Origin: a virus
Lineage: Duplodnaviria; Caudoviricetes
Length of the DNA stretch: 39,034 nucleotides
Strand: one strand, 5' to 3'
Virus record (IMG/VR): IMGVR_UViG_3300032212_000065
Coordinates: 1-39,034 of that record
The position numbers and the translations under genes were made by a program. The notes under the pieces were generated by a model. The model was not told the DNA's origin. It worked only from the letters and a program-made list of their open reading frames with translations, and ran no database searches. Of the stretch, positions 7,791-15,532 are shown piece after piece. The first letter of the stretch is position 1. The number at the start of each line of letters is the position of its first letter.

Positions 7791-7929
7791 CGCACCGCTT
7801 GCAAGTATCTTGGTGTTCGTATCCTATAAATATGCAGCCACACTCCACACATTCACATCCCCCTGGGTCTTTACAGTTAGGCCAATCCCCATCCGGGCAT
7901 CGTATAAACATCCTGTTTTCGTTATTCAT
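7762..7929 (-). CDS. Small Cys-rich protein (55 aa)
   Basis: AGGAG RBS; CECVECGCIFIG...CKRC; read by hand. Confidence 0.6.
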   Translation of the reverse strand: MNNENRMFIRCPDGDWPNCKDPGGCECVECGCIFIGYEHQDTCKRCDEIKKAPKK

Positions 7930-7953
7930 TACCTTCTCCTTTGGGGTTGTTAA

Positions 7954-8250
7954 TCACGGCCATTTACTCATAATCGCATTAATCATGGCTCTACTTTGAC
8001 CTATGCAAGCCTGAGCATTGTCTAATTTAGATCGCAAGAATTCAGCCTTTTGCTTAGATGCTTTGGCATCATCTTCTACTAATCGTTTTTCTAAGAGCGT
8101 ATTAACAACTATATCCCGTAATTCTTTCTTGGATTTCTTTAGCAAACCTTCATGCCATTCCGCCGTCATTTTATCTACTCGAACGGTTGTTTCGATTATT
8201 TCTTCGCTCACTCGCTTATCCTCTTCTCGTTGTTCTGGTCTTCTTTGCAC
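7954..8250 (-). CDS. Coiled-coil hypothetical protein (start uncertain)
   Basis: ORF in operon; true start may be the internal GTG (VSEEII). Confidence 0.55.
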   Translation of the reverse strand: MQRRPEQREEDKRVSEEIIETTVRVDKMTAEWHEGLLKKSKKELRDIVVNTLLEKRLVEDDAKASKQKAEFLRSKLDNAQACIGQSRAMINAIMSKWP

Positions 8251-8548
8251 ATCTTCTCGGCCTGATAAAAATTAAAACCATGATCAAGATAGTCTTCAAT
8301 ACATTTCCTGTCGGCCTCGCTTTTAAGTCGATAATGCTCAAATAGGTTAACTATCTTCATTTATATTCTCCTATTAGGGTGTTAGCCCTTACTTATCCAT
8401 CGCTCAAGCTCGTCAATAATCTGCTTAGCCTCTCTATCCCTTAGTTGCTGTATAAGCCTTTCCCTGTCTTCTCCTTGCGTTTGGGTCGGGCAATAAGGCA
8501 GGTGCTCGTTCTTAACTGGATTAACTTGGCAGTATGGACACCACATGC

Positions 8549-8914
8549 TCATTCGTTATCTCCCTCTAGTAGATTAGGGTGCTGGAATGCGTTTCCGACG
8601 ACAACATAAATATCAGAAAACTCTAAGTCGTTAACATCACCATTTCTTTCCTTTACCTCAAACCTTGCGCAATCATCATTCCAATAAACGTCATGCAAAA
8701 CACTATCTTCTTCAGTTAGTAATACGTCAGACTCAAATATCTCGACACCGTTCTTGTCTTTTAGTCCTGTAAACTGCATTAGTACCCAGTCATCATCAAT
8801 TCTGATTCCATCTTGAGGGTCGTCGTAATAGAAGACGTTATGAACCATAGCTAGGTCATCAGTCATGTATTCATGAGTCTTTTGCCACGCCCTAAATTTA
8901 ATCAGCCTCATCAC
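8549..8914 (-). CDS. YopX-family protein
   Basis: IKFRAW...LMQFTGLKDKNGVEIFESD...VVGN.FQHPNLLE signature. Confidence 0.92.
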   Translation of the reverse strand: MMRLIKFRAWQKTHEYMTDDLAMVHNVFYYDDPQDGIRIDDDWVLMQFTGLKDKNGVEIFESDVLLTEEDSVLHDVYWNDDCARFEVKERNGDVNDLEFSDIYVVVGNAFQHPNLLEGDNE

Positions 8915-9077
8915 TCACCACCCTCTAGTTTTATGTCTTGCCATTCACTCATGAATGGCGTTGACTCGGTAAAACCATCTGTTTCGTATCTCACCTGAAG
9001 CACGATTTCTGTGCCATCCCAATTAGGTATGGCTATGTCTTCATCGCCATCAGCTTTTCGCCATCTAAATTCAGGAT

Positions 9078-9368
9078 TCATACCACCTTCTCCTGGTTTA
9101 ATTTCTTCATCATGGTGTCCCAGCTATCGACTTGGGCTTGGCGGGTTTCTGCTATGTCTTGGTCGGGCGCGTGTTTTTTGCGTAGGTGGTGAGGCTGCAT
9201 ATACGCCACATCACCATCCGCGAAGCTTACTTTATATGTAGGAGCATCCGTATTTCCAATTTTGTGACTGCACGTTAAAACTGATTTTATAATCACTTCC
9301 TCGCCAATACCGTCACCATCAGTAGTCCAGATAACTATTGCTATTTCGTCTAGCTGGAATTTACTCAT
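9078..9368 (-). CDS. Hypothetical protein (SH3-like beta fold possible)
   Basis: Likely start MSKFQLDEIA; ..PHHLRK motif. Confidence 0.6.
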   Translation of the reverse strand: MSKFQLDEIAIVIWTTDGDGIGEEVIIKSVLTCSHKIGNTDAPTYKVSFADGDVAYMQPHHLRKKHAPDQDIAETRQAQVDSWDTMMKKLNQEKVV

Positions 9369-9458
9369 AACGCACCCCATTTGGATAGCGGCGCTTGAGT
9401 TCGGTTAGGACTTCGGGGATTTGTCGTGGGTCGCTCTTTGTTACTTTTACTTGTTTGC

Positions 9459-9653
9459 TCATTTTGTTAGCTCCTTAAAAGCCCTGTCCTGTAGTTCCGT
9501 CCAGCTATCATACATCTGTGACGCCCTCTGCCTTGATACAGGGGGATTAAATTTCTTACCTATTTCCTCAAAGGTTAATCCTTTAACCTCCCGCAATCGG
9601 GCGACACGCTCCCATCGCTTATGAAACTTATTAATGTACTTTTCTCTTTTCAT
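9459..9653 (-). CDS. Small HTH regulator (sigma-70 region-4-like, Cro-position gene)
   Basis: GLTFEEIGKKFNPPVSRQRASQ HTH; first gene after the leftward promoter. Confidence 0.75.
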   Translation of the reverse strand: MKREKYINKFHKRWERVARLREVKGLTFEEIGKKFNPPVSRQRASQMYDSWTELQDRAFKELTK

Positions 9654-9681
9654 TCTTTGTTCCTTAACTTAAGTTTGTAAA

Positions 9682-9726
9682 AGATTAGCGCAAACCCTTG
9701 ACACTGTCAAGGGGCTTTGCTAAAGT
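9682..9726. promoter_or_regulatory. Overlapping divergent sigma-70 promoters on a palindrome
   Basis: CCCTTGACA-C-TGTCAAGGG; plus strand TTGACA(9698)-N17-TAAAGT(9721); minus strand TTGACA(9710)-N17-TAATCT(9687). Confidence 0.85.
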
Positions 9727-9767
9727 TAATCACAGTTAAGAATTAACAACGTCATAAGAGGTGGGCT

Positions 9768-9977
9768 ATGGAACTTTACTTAAACAGCAGTAGTGATTTT
9801 TCAATTACAGACGAAAATGGTAAGGAATACACAACAGAAGAAGCTCAAATTGAATATGAGCATATAAACGACCTAGGTAAATTTAACTGCAATTTGGCTT
9901 TTATGCGTTTAATTAATAATGGGTTTAACCTTGAGTCAGTCAAGGAACACTACATAAATAATCAACGAACGTCCTAG
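9768..9977 (+). CDS. Hypothetical protein, first rightward early gene
   Basis: GAGG RBS; AT-rich 69-aa ORF. Confidence 0.65.
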   Translation: MELYLNSSSDFSITDENGKEYTTEEAQIEYEHINDLGKFNCNLAFMRLINNGFNLESVKEHYINNQRTS

Positions 9978-10095
9978 CCTGCTATGCAGGTGCAGCAAGG
10001 TCGAAGTTGCAACAATACGTCGGAGCCGCCCGTCCCGACACTCGAAAGAGAAGCGACACAACGGAGTTTTTAATTTAACAACCAAGGGGTGAGAT

Positions 10096-10335
10096 ATGTT
10101 CCATAGGACTTACGGAGAAACAAAAGACTGTAAAGGCTGTCGGTTTTGGTCTGAGATGCTAGCCCAAGCTGGCGGCGACATAGAAGGCGTTTATGCAATG
10201 TGCATAAATAGCAAGAGTTATTTTTCTGGAAAATACACATCCGCAGAAAGTAACTGCAAGGAGTGGGCAGATGGCCACGATGGTGCAGTTGATGAGCCTG
10301 GAAGTGACCCGCTTAGGTATGAGGATCAATCATGA
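10096..10335 (+). CDS. Cys-rich hypothetical protein
   Basis: CKGCRFW...C...C..W metal-binding pattern. Confidence 0.7.
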   Translation: MFHRTYGETKDCKGCRFWSEMLAQAGGDIEGVYAMCINSKSYFSGKYTSAESNCKEWADGHDGAVDEPGSDPLRYEDQS

Positions 10336-10772
10336 ACGAACTAGACAAAACACTACGACAAAACATGAACGACTTAGATGATGACGTTTTCGAGGCGTAT
10401 TGCAAAGAACGTAAAGAACCTAAGTATGTGGTGGGGCGGTTGTATCATTATTGGGATAACAGTGAAGATTTGGGTTTAGGGCGAGTAGGCCGCCTTAAGA
10501 AGATTCTTGATGGCGATGAAAGCACCTATCCTTATAGAATGAGTGATGGTAATGGCTACATAAACATCCAAGCCCCCATCGACTTCCCAGACATCTACAT
10601 CCCTTTTAGTGGTGATAAGTGTCCAGAAGAGATTAAGGATAAGCGGGTGACGGTGTGGTTTAGTGATATGGATGCTGTGAAGTACGTCAGCGCCAGCGAG
10701 CTACCAGATCGACTATGGACCTCAAAAAGCTCAATCCACATCGTAGCCTACCTAGTCCATGGTGATGTATGA
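10332..10772 (+). CDS. Hypothetical protein
   Basis: ATGA coupling, GAGG RBS. Confidence 0.7.
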   Translation: MNELDKTLRQNMNDLDDDVFEAYCKERKEPKYVVGRLYHYWDNSEDLGLGRVGRLKKILDGDESTYPYRMSDGNGYINIQAPIDFPDIYIPFSGDKCPEEIKDKRVTVWFSDMDAVKYVSASELPDRLWTSKSSIHIVAYLVHGDV

Positions 10773-11005
10773 GCTTTGAACCCGGTGAACGCCAATACCA
10801 CTACAACGGCGTAGTAGGGGTCACGACTTGCTACGGTGAGACCTGGTTAGAATGTCGAAGATTAATCCGTGAGACCCGATGGTATCGAAGTGTTAAGGAT
10901 ATACGGGTGGATGGGATAGCCGAGACGGAAGGCTTAAAGCTAATCAGCTTCCATTCGTCATCATTTTTAGATAACGCCCTGTTGGGCGTAGTGAGAGGAT
11001 TATAG
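10769..11005 (+). CDS. Hypothetical protein
   Basis: ATGA coupling. Confidence 0.6.
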   Translation: MSFEPGERQYHYNGVVGVTTCYGETWLECRRLIRETRWYRSVKDIRVDGIAETEGLKLISFHSSSFLDNALLGVVRGL

Positions 11006-11006
11006 G

Positions 11007-11285
11007 ATGGAAGAATTAAGATTTATACTTGAGTCAGGACAGAACTTAAAAGAGCTGCTAGAAACAGCAGGCCCTTGGTTTTTTGCCTACTTGTTTTTAA
11101 GGCCGATATTAGTTTTCATAGGATTGATGGTTATAGTTATTTTCGCTAGGGAGTTAATTAGAAAGGCTATTGGTTTTAATGATGACCTGATAAAACTAAG
11201 AGATGAAATGGGTGTTGGCGCTCCTGGCAGGTACGTTGCCAATGAGTTCAAGGAAATGATTGCATGGATAAGAGAGCATAAATGA
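11007..11285 (+). CDS. Small membrane protein
   Basis: Hydrophobic segment WFFAYLFLRPILVFIGLMVIVIFA; GAGG RBS. Confidence 0.7.
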   Translation: MEELRFILESGQNLKELLETAGPWFFAYLFLRPILVFIGLMVIVIFARELIRKAIGFNDDLIKLRDEMGVGAPGRYVANEFKEMIAWIREHK

Positions 11286-11448
11286 TAAGGTATAGCGAGG
11301 GGATTATGAACCGACGAATCAACAAACCGTTTAACAAAAGCTATTCTATCTTCACTGATGAAGCGTTGAGACTGATTAAAGACTTTCTCTGCATTGTGGC
11401 GGCAGGGGTGGCGATAGCGAGCATTATGGTGATAGTGGAGTAACTAAT

Positions 11449-12549
11449 ATGAGCAATATACAACCCATAATAGAGAATGCATCACAAAAGTATGTCGATA
11501 CGATAAAACAATATCAGTGGGACTTACTGCCAGACTCACAGCTACATGCTGCAAAAATGGCGCTAACCAAAAATAAGTACATTATGGATATTGCCGTCAG
11601 TGACCCTGAGGCCGTCTATAACGCTTTACAGCAAGCTGCTGTTTTAGGATTAGATCTAACGGAAGGAAAACGCCAGGGCTGGCTGTTGCCTCGTAAAAAC
11701 CAGTTTGGTAAGACCGTCATCACCTTACAGCCAGGGTATAAGGGCGTCGAGGCCATCCATCAGAGAATGGGCGTAATAAACCGTTGTGAGATTAGAGTCG
11801 TTTTTGAGGAAGATGATTTTACCTGGTCAGGTTTTTCGGCTGATATTCCCGATCATAAAGCTAAGGATTGGTTTGCCAGTCAAGCGGACAGGGGTAGACC
11901 GAAGGGAGCTTTTATTGTCACTCGCTTTCCTGATGGATCTCATCAAACCGTCGTCACGCCTATCTCTGAAATTTACGAGAAACATCGGAACCGTTCAGAG
12001 TCATGGAAAGCCTACCAGGCAAAACTTAAAAAAGACAAAAACGCCTTCCCGCCGCCCTGGGTGACTTTTGAGGATGAGATGATCATGAAAACCATGATTT
12101 ACATCGCCTCAAAGCAATGGCCAGGATACAACCAGAACCATGAAGTAAACTCTAAAATATTAGAGACCTTGCATACTATCGATGTGTCGGACTATTCACC
12201 GCACTACACTCAAGAGCATAAGAAAGTATTTTATGAGATGGTGGATGCAAGAGACGGATTGGGGCTTTATCTGTTTGATCGCCATGTTGGGATGGATGTC
12301 TCCGTGTGGCTATGGCTTGATTTAAGGGGAAGTATCCCGAGGGGACAAAAAGACAAACGAATGTCAGAAATTAGGGGTGATAGCGGTGACGGGGTAGTTA
12401 TGCTCGAAAACATCAAGCAGGCTTTATCAGAGCAGGATATAGGGCTTTTACATGAAAACCTTGATGGAATCACCCCGATGGGTGAAAAGCTCCTGATAAA
12501 GCAGCTTAACGCCGCAGAACAGGTCTCATACAAAGAGATGGTTGGATAA
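11449..12549 (+). CDS. recT: RecT-family single-strand annealing protein with C-terminal extension
   Basis: AAVLGLDL...WLLPR...LQPGYKG, VFEEDDF, PWVTFEDEMIMKT and KQWP motifs typical of RecT. Confidence 0.88.
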   Translation: MSNIQPIIENASQKYVDTIKQYQWDLLPDSQLHAAKMALTKNKYIMDIAVSDPEAVYNALQQAAVLGLDLTEGKRQGWLLPRKNQFGKTVITLQPGYKGVEAIHQRMGVINRCEIRVVFEEDDFTWSGFSADIPDHKAKDWFASQADRGRPKGAFIVTRFPDGSHQTVVTPISEIYEKHRNRSESWKAYQAKLKKDKNAFPPPWVTFEDEMIMKTMIYIASKQWPGYNQNHEVNSKILETLHTIDVSDYSPHYTQEHKKVFYEMVDARDGLGLYLFDRHVGMDVSVWLWLDLRGSIPRGQKDKRMSEIRGDSGDGVVMLENIKQALSEQDIGLLHENLDGITPMGEKLLIKQLNAAEQVSYKEMVG

Positions 12550-12744
12550 ATGTCTAAACGCTGCACAAAATGCCTTGAGCCTGATAAAGAGTTCCGAAAA
12601 GACTCTCGATACGATAATCGCCTATCAAGCTGGTGTGTAGAGTGTCAGGATAAAGCAAATTCTCAAAAACTGAAGAAGGAAAAAGAAAAAGAAAAGACAG
12701 CGCATTGGGCGGTTTTATCACAGAGGGTAATGGGGAAAGGTTAA
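12550..12744 (+). CDS. Small zinc-binding protein
   Basis: KRCTKC...EF.KD...LSSWCVEC resembles the N-terminal Zn domain of phage HNH/endonuclease VII proteins, with no catalytic domain. Confidence 0.7.
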   Translation: MSKRCTKCLEPDKEFRKDSRYDNRLSSWCVECQDKANSQKLKKEKEKEKTAHWAVLSQRVMGKG

Positions 12745-12882
12745 TGGCTGTTGTGTTGGTTGCGGCGTGGAAAGTAGACACGCTACGGAAGTGGCTGGAG
12801 ATGGTACAGCATCGTGGGCCTTAAAACTGAACCTACTGTACATAGCCGGAGTAACGACTGGCCAACTGACACAGCGCCACCA
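12745..12882 (+). ncRNA. tRNA-like structured RNA, copy A
   Basis: 13-bp closing stem 12750-62/12863-75; D-like hairpin GCGTG-GAAAGTAGA-CACGC; T-like hairpin GCCGG-AGTAACGA-CTGGC; 61-nt central domain; CCA at 12880-82. Confidence 0.75.
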
Positions 12883-12927
12883 AATAATAGCGAAAGCCGG
12901 AAGGGTGAGAGGCCCACTAGTTACGGA

Positions 12928-13069
12928 GCAGTTTAGGTGCGGCGTTGAAAGTAGAAACGCAGCGACACCTTGCAAGCATGGTGATTCGTGATGGGAAGGC
13001 CATTGGGGCGCTGACGAGTGTCGAATAGGTATAACCATAGCCAGAGTAACGACTGGCCACCTAAACAGC
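12928..13069 (+). ncRNA. tRNA-like structured RNA, copy B
   Basis: 9-bp closing stem GTTTAGGTG/CACCTAAAC; GCGTT-GAAAGTAGA-AACGC; GCCAG-AGTAACGA-CTGGC; 79-nt central domain. Confidence 0.75.
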
Positions 13070-13094
13070 CACCCACTAACAAGAGGACAGATAA

Positions 13095-13238
13095 ATGACT
13101 AAAGCAGAATGGGATTATTGGTTTCGATATCTAAACACCACAAGTAAATATGACACGATCGCGTGTGCAATCGGCATCCCTTTAACTAGGGCGCAACTTA
13201 AGGCGAGTGGCGTGGATGTACCAGACTTTCCTGGCTAA
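13095..13238 (+). CDS. Small hypothetical protein (47 aa, MTKAEWDYW...)
   Basis: GAGGA RBS; read by hand; lies between RNA elements. Confidence 0.55.
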   Translation: MTKAEWDYWFRYLNTTSKYDTIACAIGIPLTRAQLKASGVDVPDFPG

Positions 13239-13247
13239 CCAAACAAT

Positions 13248-13403
13248 GTGGTCGTGGCGGAATTGGTATACGTACTACAGGCTAATTTTCTAGTAACAAA
13301 AACGTGGTGTTGTTCAGGCAGTAAATCGAACTTACCTGAATCTAGGATAACTGTAGGAGCGCATGAAGCTAGTGCGTTGGAGGTTCGAATCCTCCCGACC
13401 ACA
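13248..13403 (+). tRNA. Class II (Leu-like) tRNA-like gene with a 70-nt insert replacing the anticodon loop
   Basis: Acceptor GTGGTCG/CGACCAC, discriminator A; D arm TGGCGGAATTGGTATACGT; stem CTACAG/CTGTAG; variable arm AGCGCAT/GTGCGTT; T arm GGAGG-TTCGAAT-CCTCC; no encoded CCA. Confidence 0.75.
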
Positions 13404-13433
13404 CCTAACACTAACAGATGAGGATATAGAGAT

Positions 13434-13697
13434 ATGAGAATACCAACGACAAAATTTGAAATTATGACCTTGCTTCATTCCGTTGATGAGTCTGAAGCGC
13501 CAGCAAAGCTCAATCCAGGGCTTACTGTATCACAGGCAAAGAAGATTATGATCGACGGCATAAAGGGAATGAAAGAGGATAGGTTTCATAATACCTCTGG
13601 CGACATATTAGCCCTAAGTAACGCCTTAGCGGTTATTCATAACAGAAAAACAAGAATGATTAGAACGGAAGTTCGTAAAGCTCTGGCTTCTGCATAA
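13434..13697 (+). CDS. Hypothetical protein
   Basis: GAGGA RBS, 87 aa. Confidence 0.7.
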   Translation: MRIPTTKFEIMTLLHSVDESEAPAKLNPGLTVSQAKKIMIDGIKGMKEDRFHNTSGDILALSNALAVIHNRKTRMIRTEVRKALASA

Positions 13698-13716
13698 CAC
13701 ATTAAAGGCATAAAGT

Positions 13717-13932
13717 ATGAATACCTTAGAGAAGGCCCATCAAGAAGTAATTATTTGGGATAATTTGGATGGTGTGGCTAAAGAGCTTATGTCAGACAGA
13801 GCTGAGATAGACAAAGCCTTAATTGAAGCGGTTGAAGTTATTGAGATGATAGTAGATGCCGATGATTATGATGATATTGATGGAGCTAGAATCGAGGCTC
13901 GTGAATTTCTTAATAGCGTAAAGGGTGGGTAG
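13717..13932 (+). CDS. Acidic hypothetical protein
   Basis: 71-aa ORF in operon. Confidence 0.65.
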   Translation: MNTLEKAHQEVIIWDNLDGVAKELMSDRAEIDKALIEAVEVIEMIVDADDYDDIDGARIEAREFLNSVKGG

Positions 13933-13934
13933 AT
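13911..13934 (+). repeat. 24-bp direct repeat, copy 1 (copy 2 at 14635-14658)
   Basis: TAATAGCGTAAAGGGTGGGTAGAT versus TAATAGCATAAAGGGTGGGTAGAT (23/24). Confidence 0.9.
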
Positions 13935-14637
13935 GGTTGGCGTAAAGCGTAGCGAGGCCGAGGTCGCGCAAGTAGTAATGAACTGGATGACTGGACAGTT
14001 ATGGGATTGCTATCCAGAAGTGGAGCTTCCCGGTGGTAGAGCCGATATTGTGGGCGTGCGCCCATTTCCGTTTATGCCGCACAGACAATGCGTTCATATT
14101 GTTGAATGTAAGACGTCGTGGACGCTGACATTATTAGAGCAAGCCCAGCAAAGACTAAGGTATGCGCATTTTGTCAGCATTGCAGCGCCGACTAGAATGT
14201 CGTCATTTTACAAGCAATTAGCTCTTGATATGGGGCTGGGTGTAATCAAATTTTATGGTCGTGCCGACCTAACTATTGATGAATATGGAATCGAGCACGG
14301 ACGAATGTGTCGGCATGTTTTTAATAGAAATAGAAGGTTTACAGGAGAGTACCGTAGTGGTCCAGAATATTTGTTGACCTTACTAGATGAAGATATGAAG
14401 AATTATGCCCCTGGCACAAGCTCTGGTTATTCATCGCCTTGGCGTAGAACCATGGACCGCTGTGTTAAATTTGTTCAGGCAAATCCGGGCTGTACAGTCA
14501 AAGATATTATTGAAAGCATTGATCACCATTACGCAAGCAAGTCAGGCGCGAAACAAGGGGTATTGCTATGGCTACAAAAGCGCGAAGAAATTAGTGTGAG
14601 CAAAAAAGGCAATGCTATATGTTTTTATCCAAAGTAA
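13933..14637 (+). CDS. PD-(D/E)XK nuclease-family protein (MmcB-like) with C-terminal wHTH-like region
   Basis: YPEV...RADIV...IVECKTS...Q motif set. Confidence 0.75.
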   Translation: MVGVKRSEAEVAQVVMNWMTGQLWDCYPEVELPGGRADIVGVRPFPFMPHRQCVHIVECKTSWTLTLLEQAQQRLRYAHFVSIAAPTRMSSFYKQLALDMGLGVIKFYGRADLTIDEYGIEHGRMCRHVFNRNRRFTGEYRSGPEYLLTLLDEDMKNYAPGTSSGYSSPWRRTMDRCVKFVQANPGCTVKDIIESIDHHYASKSGAKQGVLLWLQKREEISVSKKGNAICFYPK

Positions 14638-14658
14638 TAGCATAAAGGGTGGGTAGAT

Positions 14659-14844
14659 ATGTCAAAAATAATTATTACTAAGCAGGTTAGTGGTGAATTA
14701 ACCGCAATAGTGCAGAGCAGGGAAGACAATAACCCATGTCCACCGATTATGGAGTTTGATAGTTACTCGTCAGCTATTAAGGCGGCTGACGAAAACCCTT
14801 TATGCAAAGCCTTTGGTTATGTAATTGTTGATGTAAGCATATAA
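14659..14844 (+). CDS. Hypothetical protein
   Basis: 61 aa, RBS within the repeat. Confidence 0.6.
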   Translation: MSKIIITKQVSGELTAIVQSREDNNPCPPIMEFDSYSSAIKAADENPLCKAFGYVIVDVSI

Positions 14845-14987
14845 AGGCTAACCCATAACTTAAGAGGTAGAGTGATGAAGATTACTTTTTATAAAGGATG
14901 TTGGTGGTTTCCTTTATCTGTGCGCATCAATGGATGGTACTACCACTTAAAAAACATAAAGCTATGGCGTTATTTTTGGAGGAATCC

Positions 14988-15290
14988 ATGATTAACAACA
15001 AAGAATTAATTGAAAGGCAGAAATATCTGTTTGGTTTTATTCAGGCCGGTAGAGCGTCTGAGCTTTCAATAACAACCGCGACAGAAGAGCTAGCTTATGA
15101 AATAGCGCCACAACTCGCCACCGCCCTAGAACAAGCTGAGACTGAAAATGAGCAGTTAAAAGAAAGTGTGCGCGAAGCAAAAGAAATATTTACAGGAATG
15201 GATGGCTTTAAGCCTGAAACAGCACCAGAGGCGTATCAGCAAAGAGTATTACGTCAAATGTATGAAGCCCTAAAAGGAGGTATGTTATGA
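14988..15290 (+). CDS. Hypothetical protein
   Basis: GGAGG RBS before MINNKEL. Confidence 0.65.
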   Translation: MINNKELIERQKYLFGFIQAGRASELSITTATEELAYEIAPQLATALEQAETENEQLKESVREAKEIFTGMDGFKPETAPEAYQQRVLRQMYEALKGGML

Positions 15291-15532
15291 GTGAGTGGGT
15301 ATCAGAGCGAAAACTGTTTTTGTCTAGCTGGCCTTATGGAAGGTTAAGATATGTCGATACACTTGGCAGGAATCCAAACATTAATCAAGGTATTTACATC
15401 AGGTATTTAGATACGGGCGGAACGGATACAACAACCAGTGATTTTCTTTTTGATCTCCCAGAACAACCCACCAGTGAATACAAGCACGGTGTATCAAAGG
15501 AGTTTAACTGTAATGGGTGTAGTGATGAGTGA
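15287..15532 (+). CDS. Hypothetical protein
   Basis: AGGAGG RBS, ATGA coupling. Confidence 0.6.
   Translation: MSEWVSERKLFLSSWPYGRLRYVDTLGRNPNINQGIYIRYLDTGGTDTTTSDFLFDLPEQPTSEYKHGVSKEFNCNGCSDE

Noticed and set aside
12554-13038. ORFs 12554-12781(-), 12718-13038(-) and 12767-12991(+)
   Set aside because: They overlap the covarying RNA elements, lack RBSs and have atypical composition
13282-13284. Amber suppressor implying TAG recoding of the genome
   Set aside because: Genes are full length in the standard code and several end in TAG with coupled downstream starts; the reconstructed loop lacks U33
12745-13403. CRISPR array, tmRNA or group I intron interpretation of the RNA cluster
   Set aside because: Only two bipartite repeats and no cas genes; D-like stems present and no tag ORF, unlike tmRNA; inserts of 61-79 nt are too short for self-splicing introns
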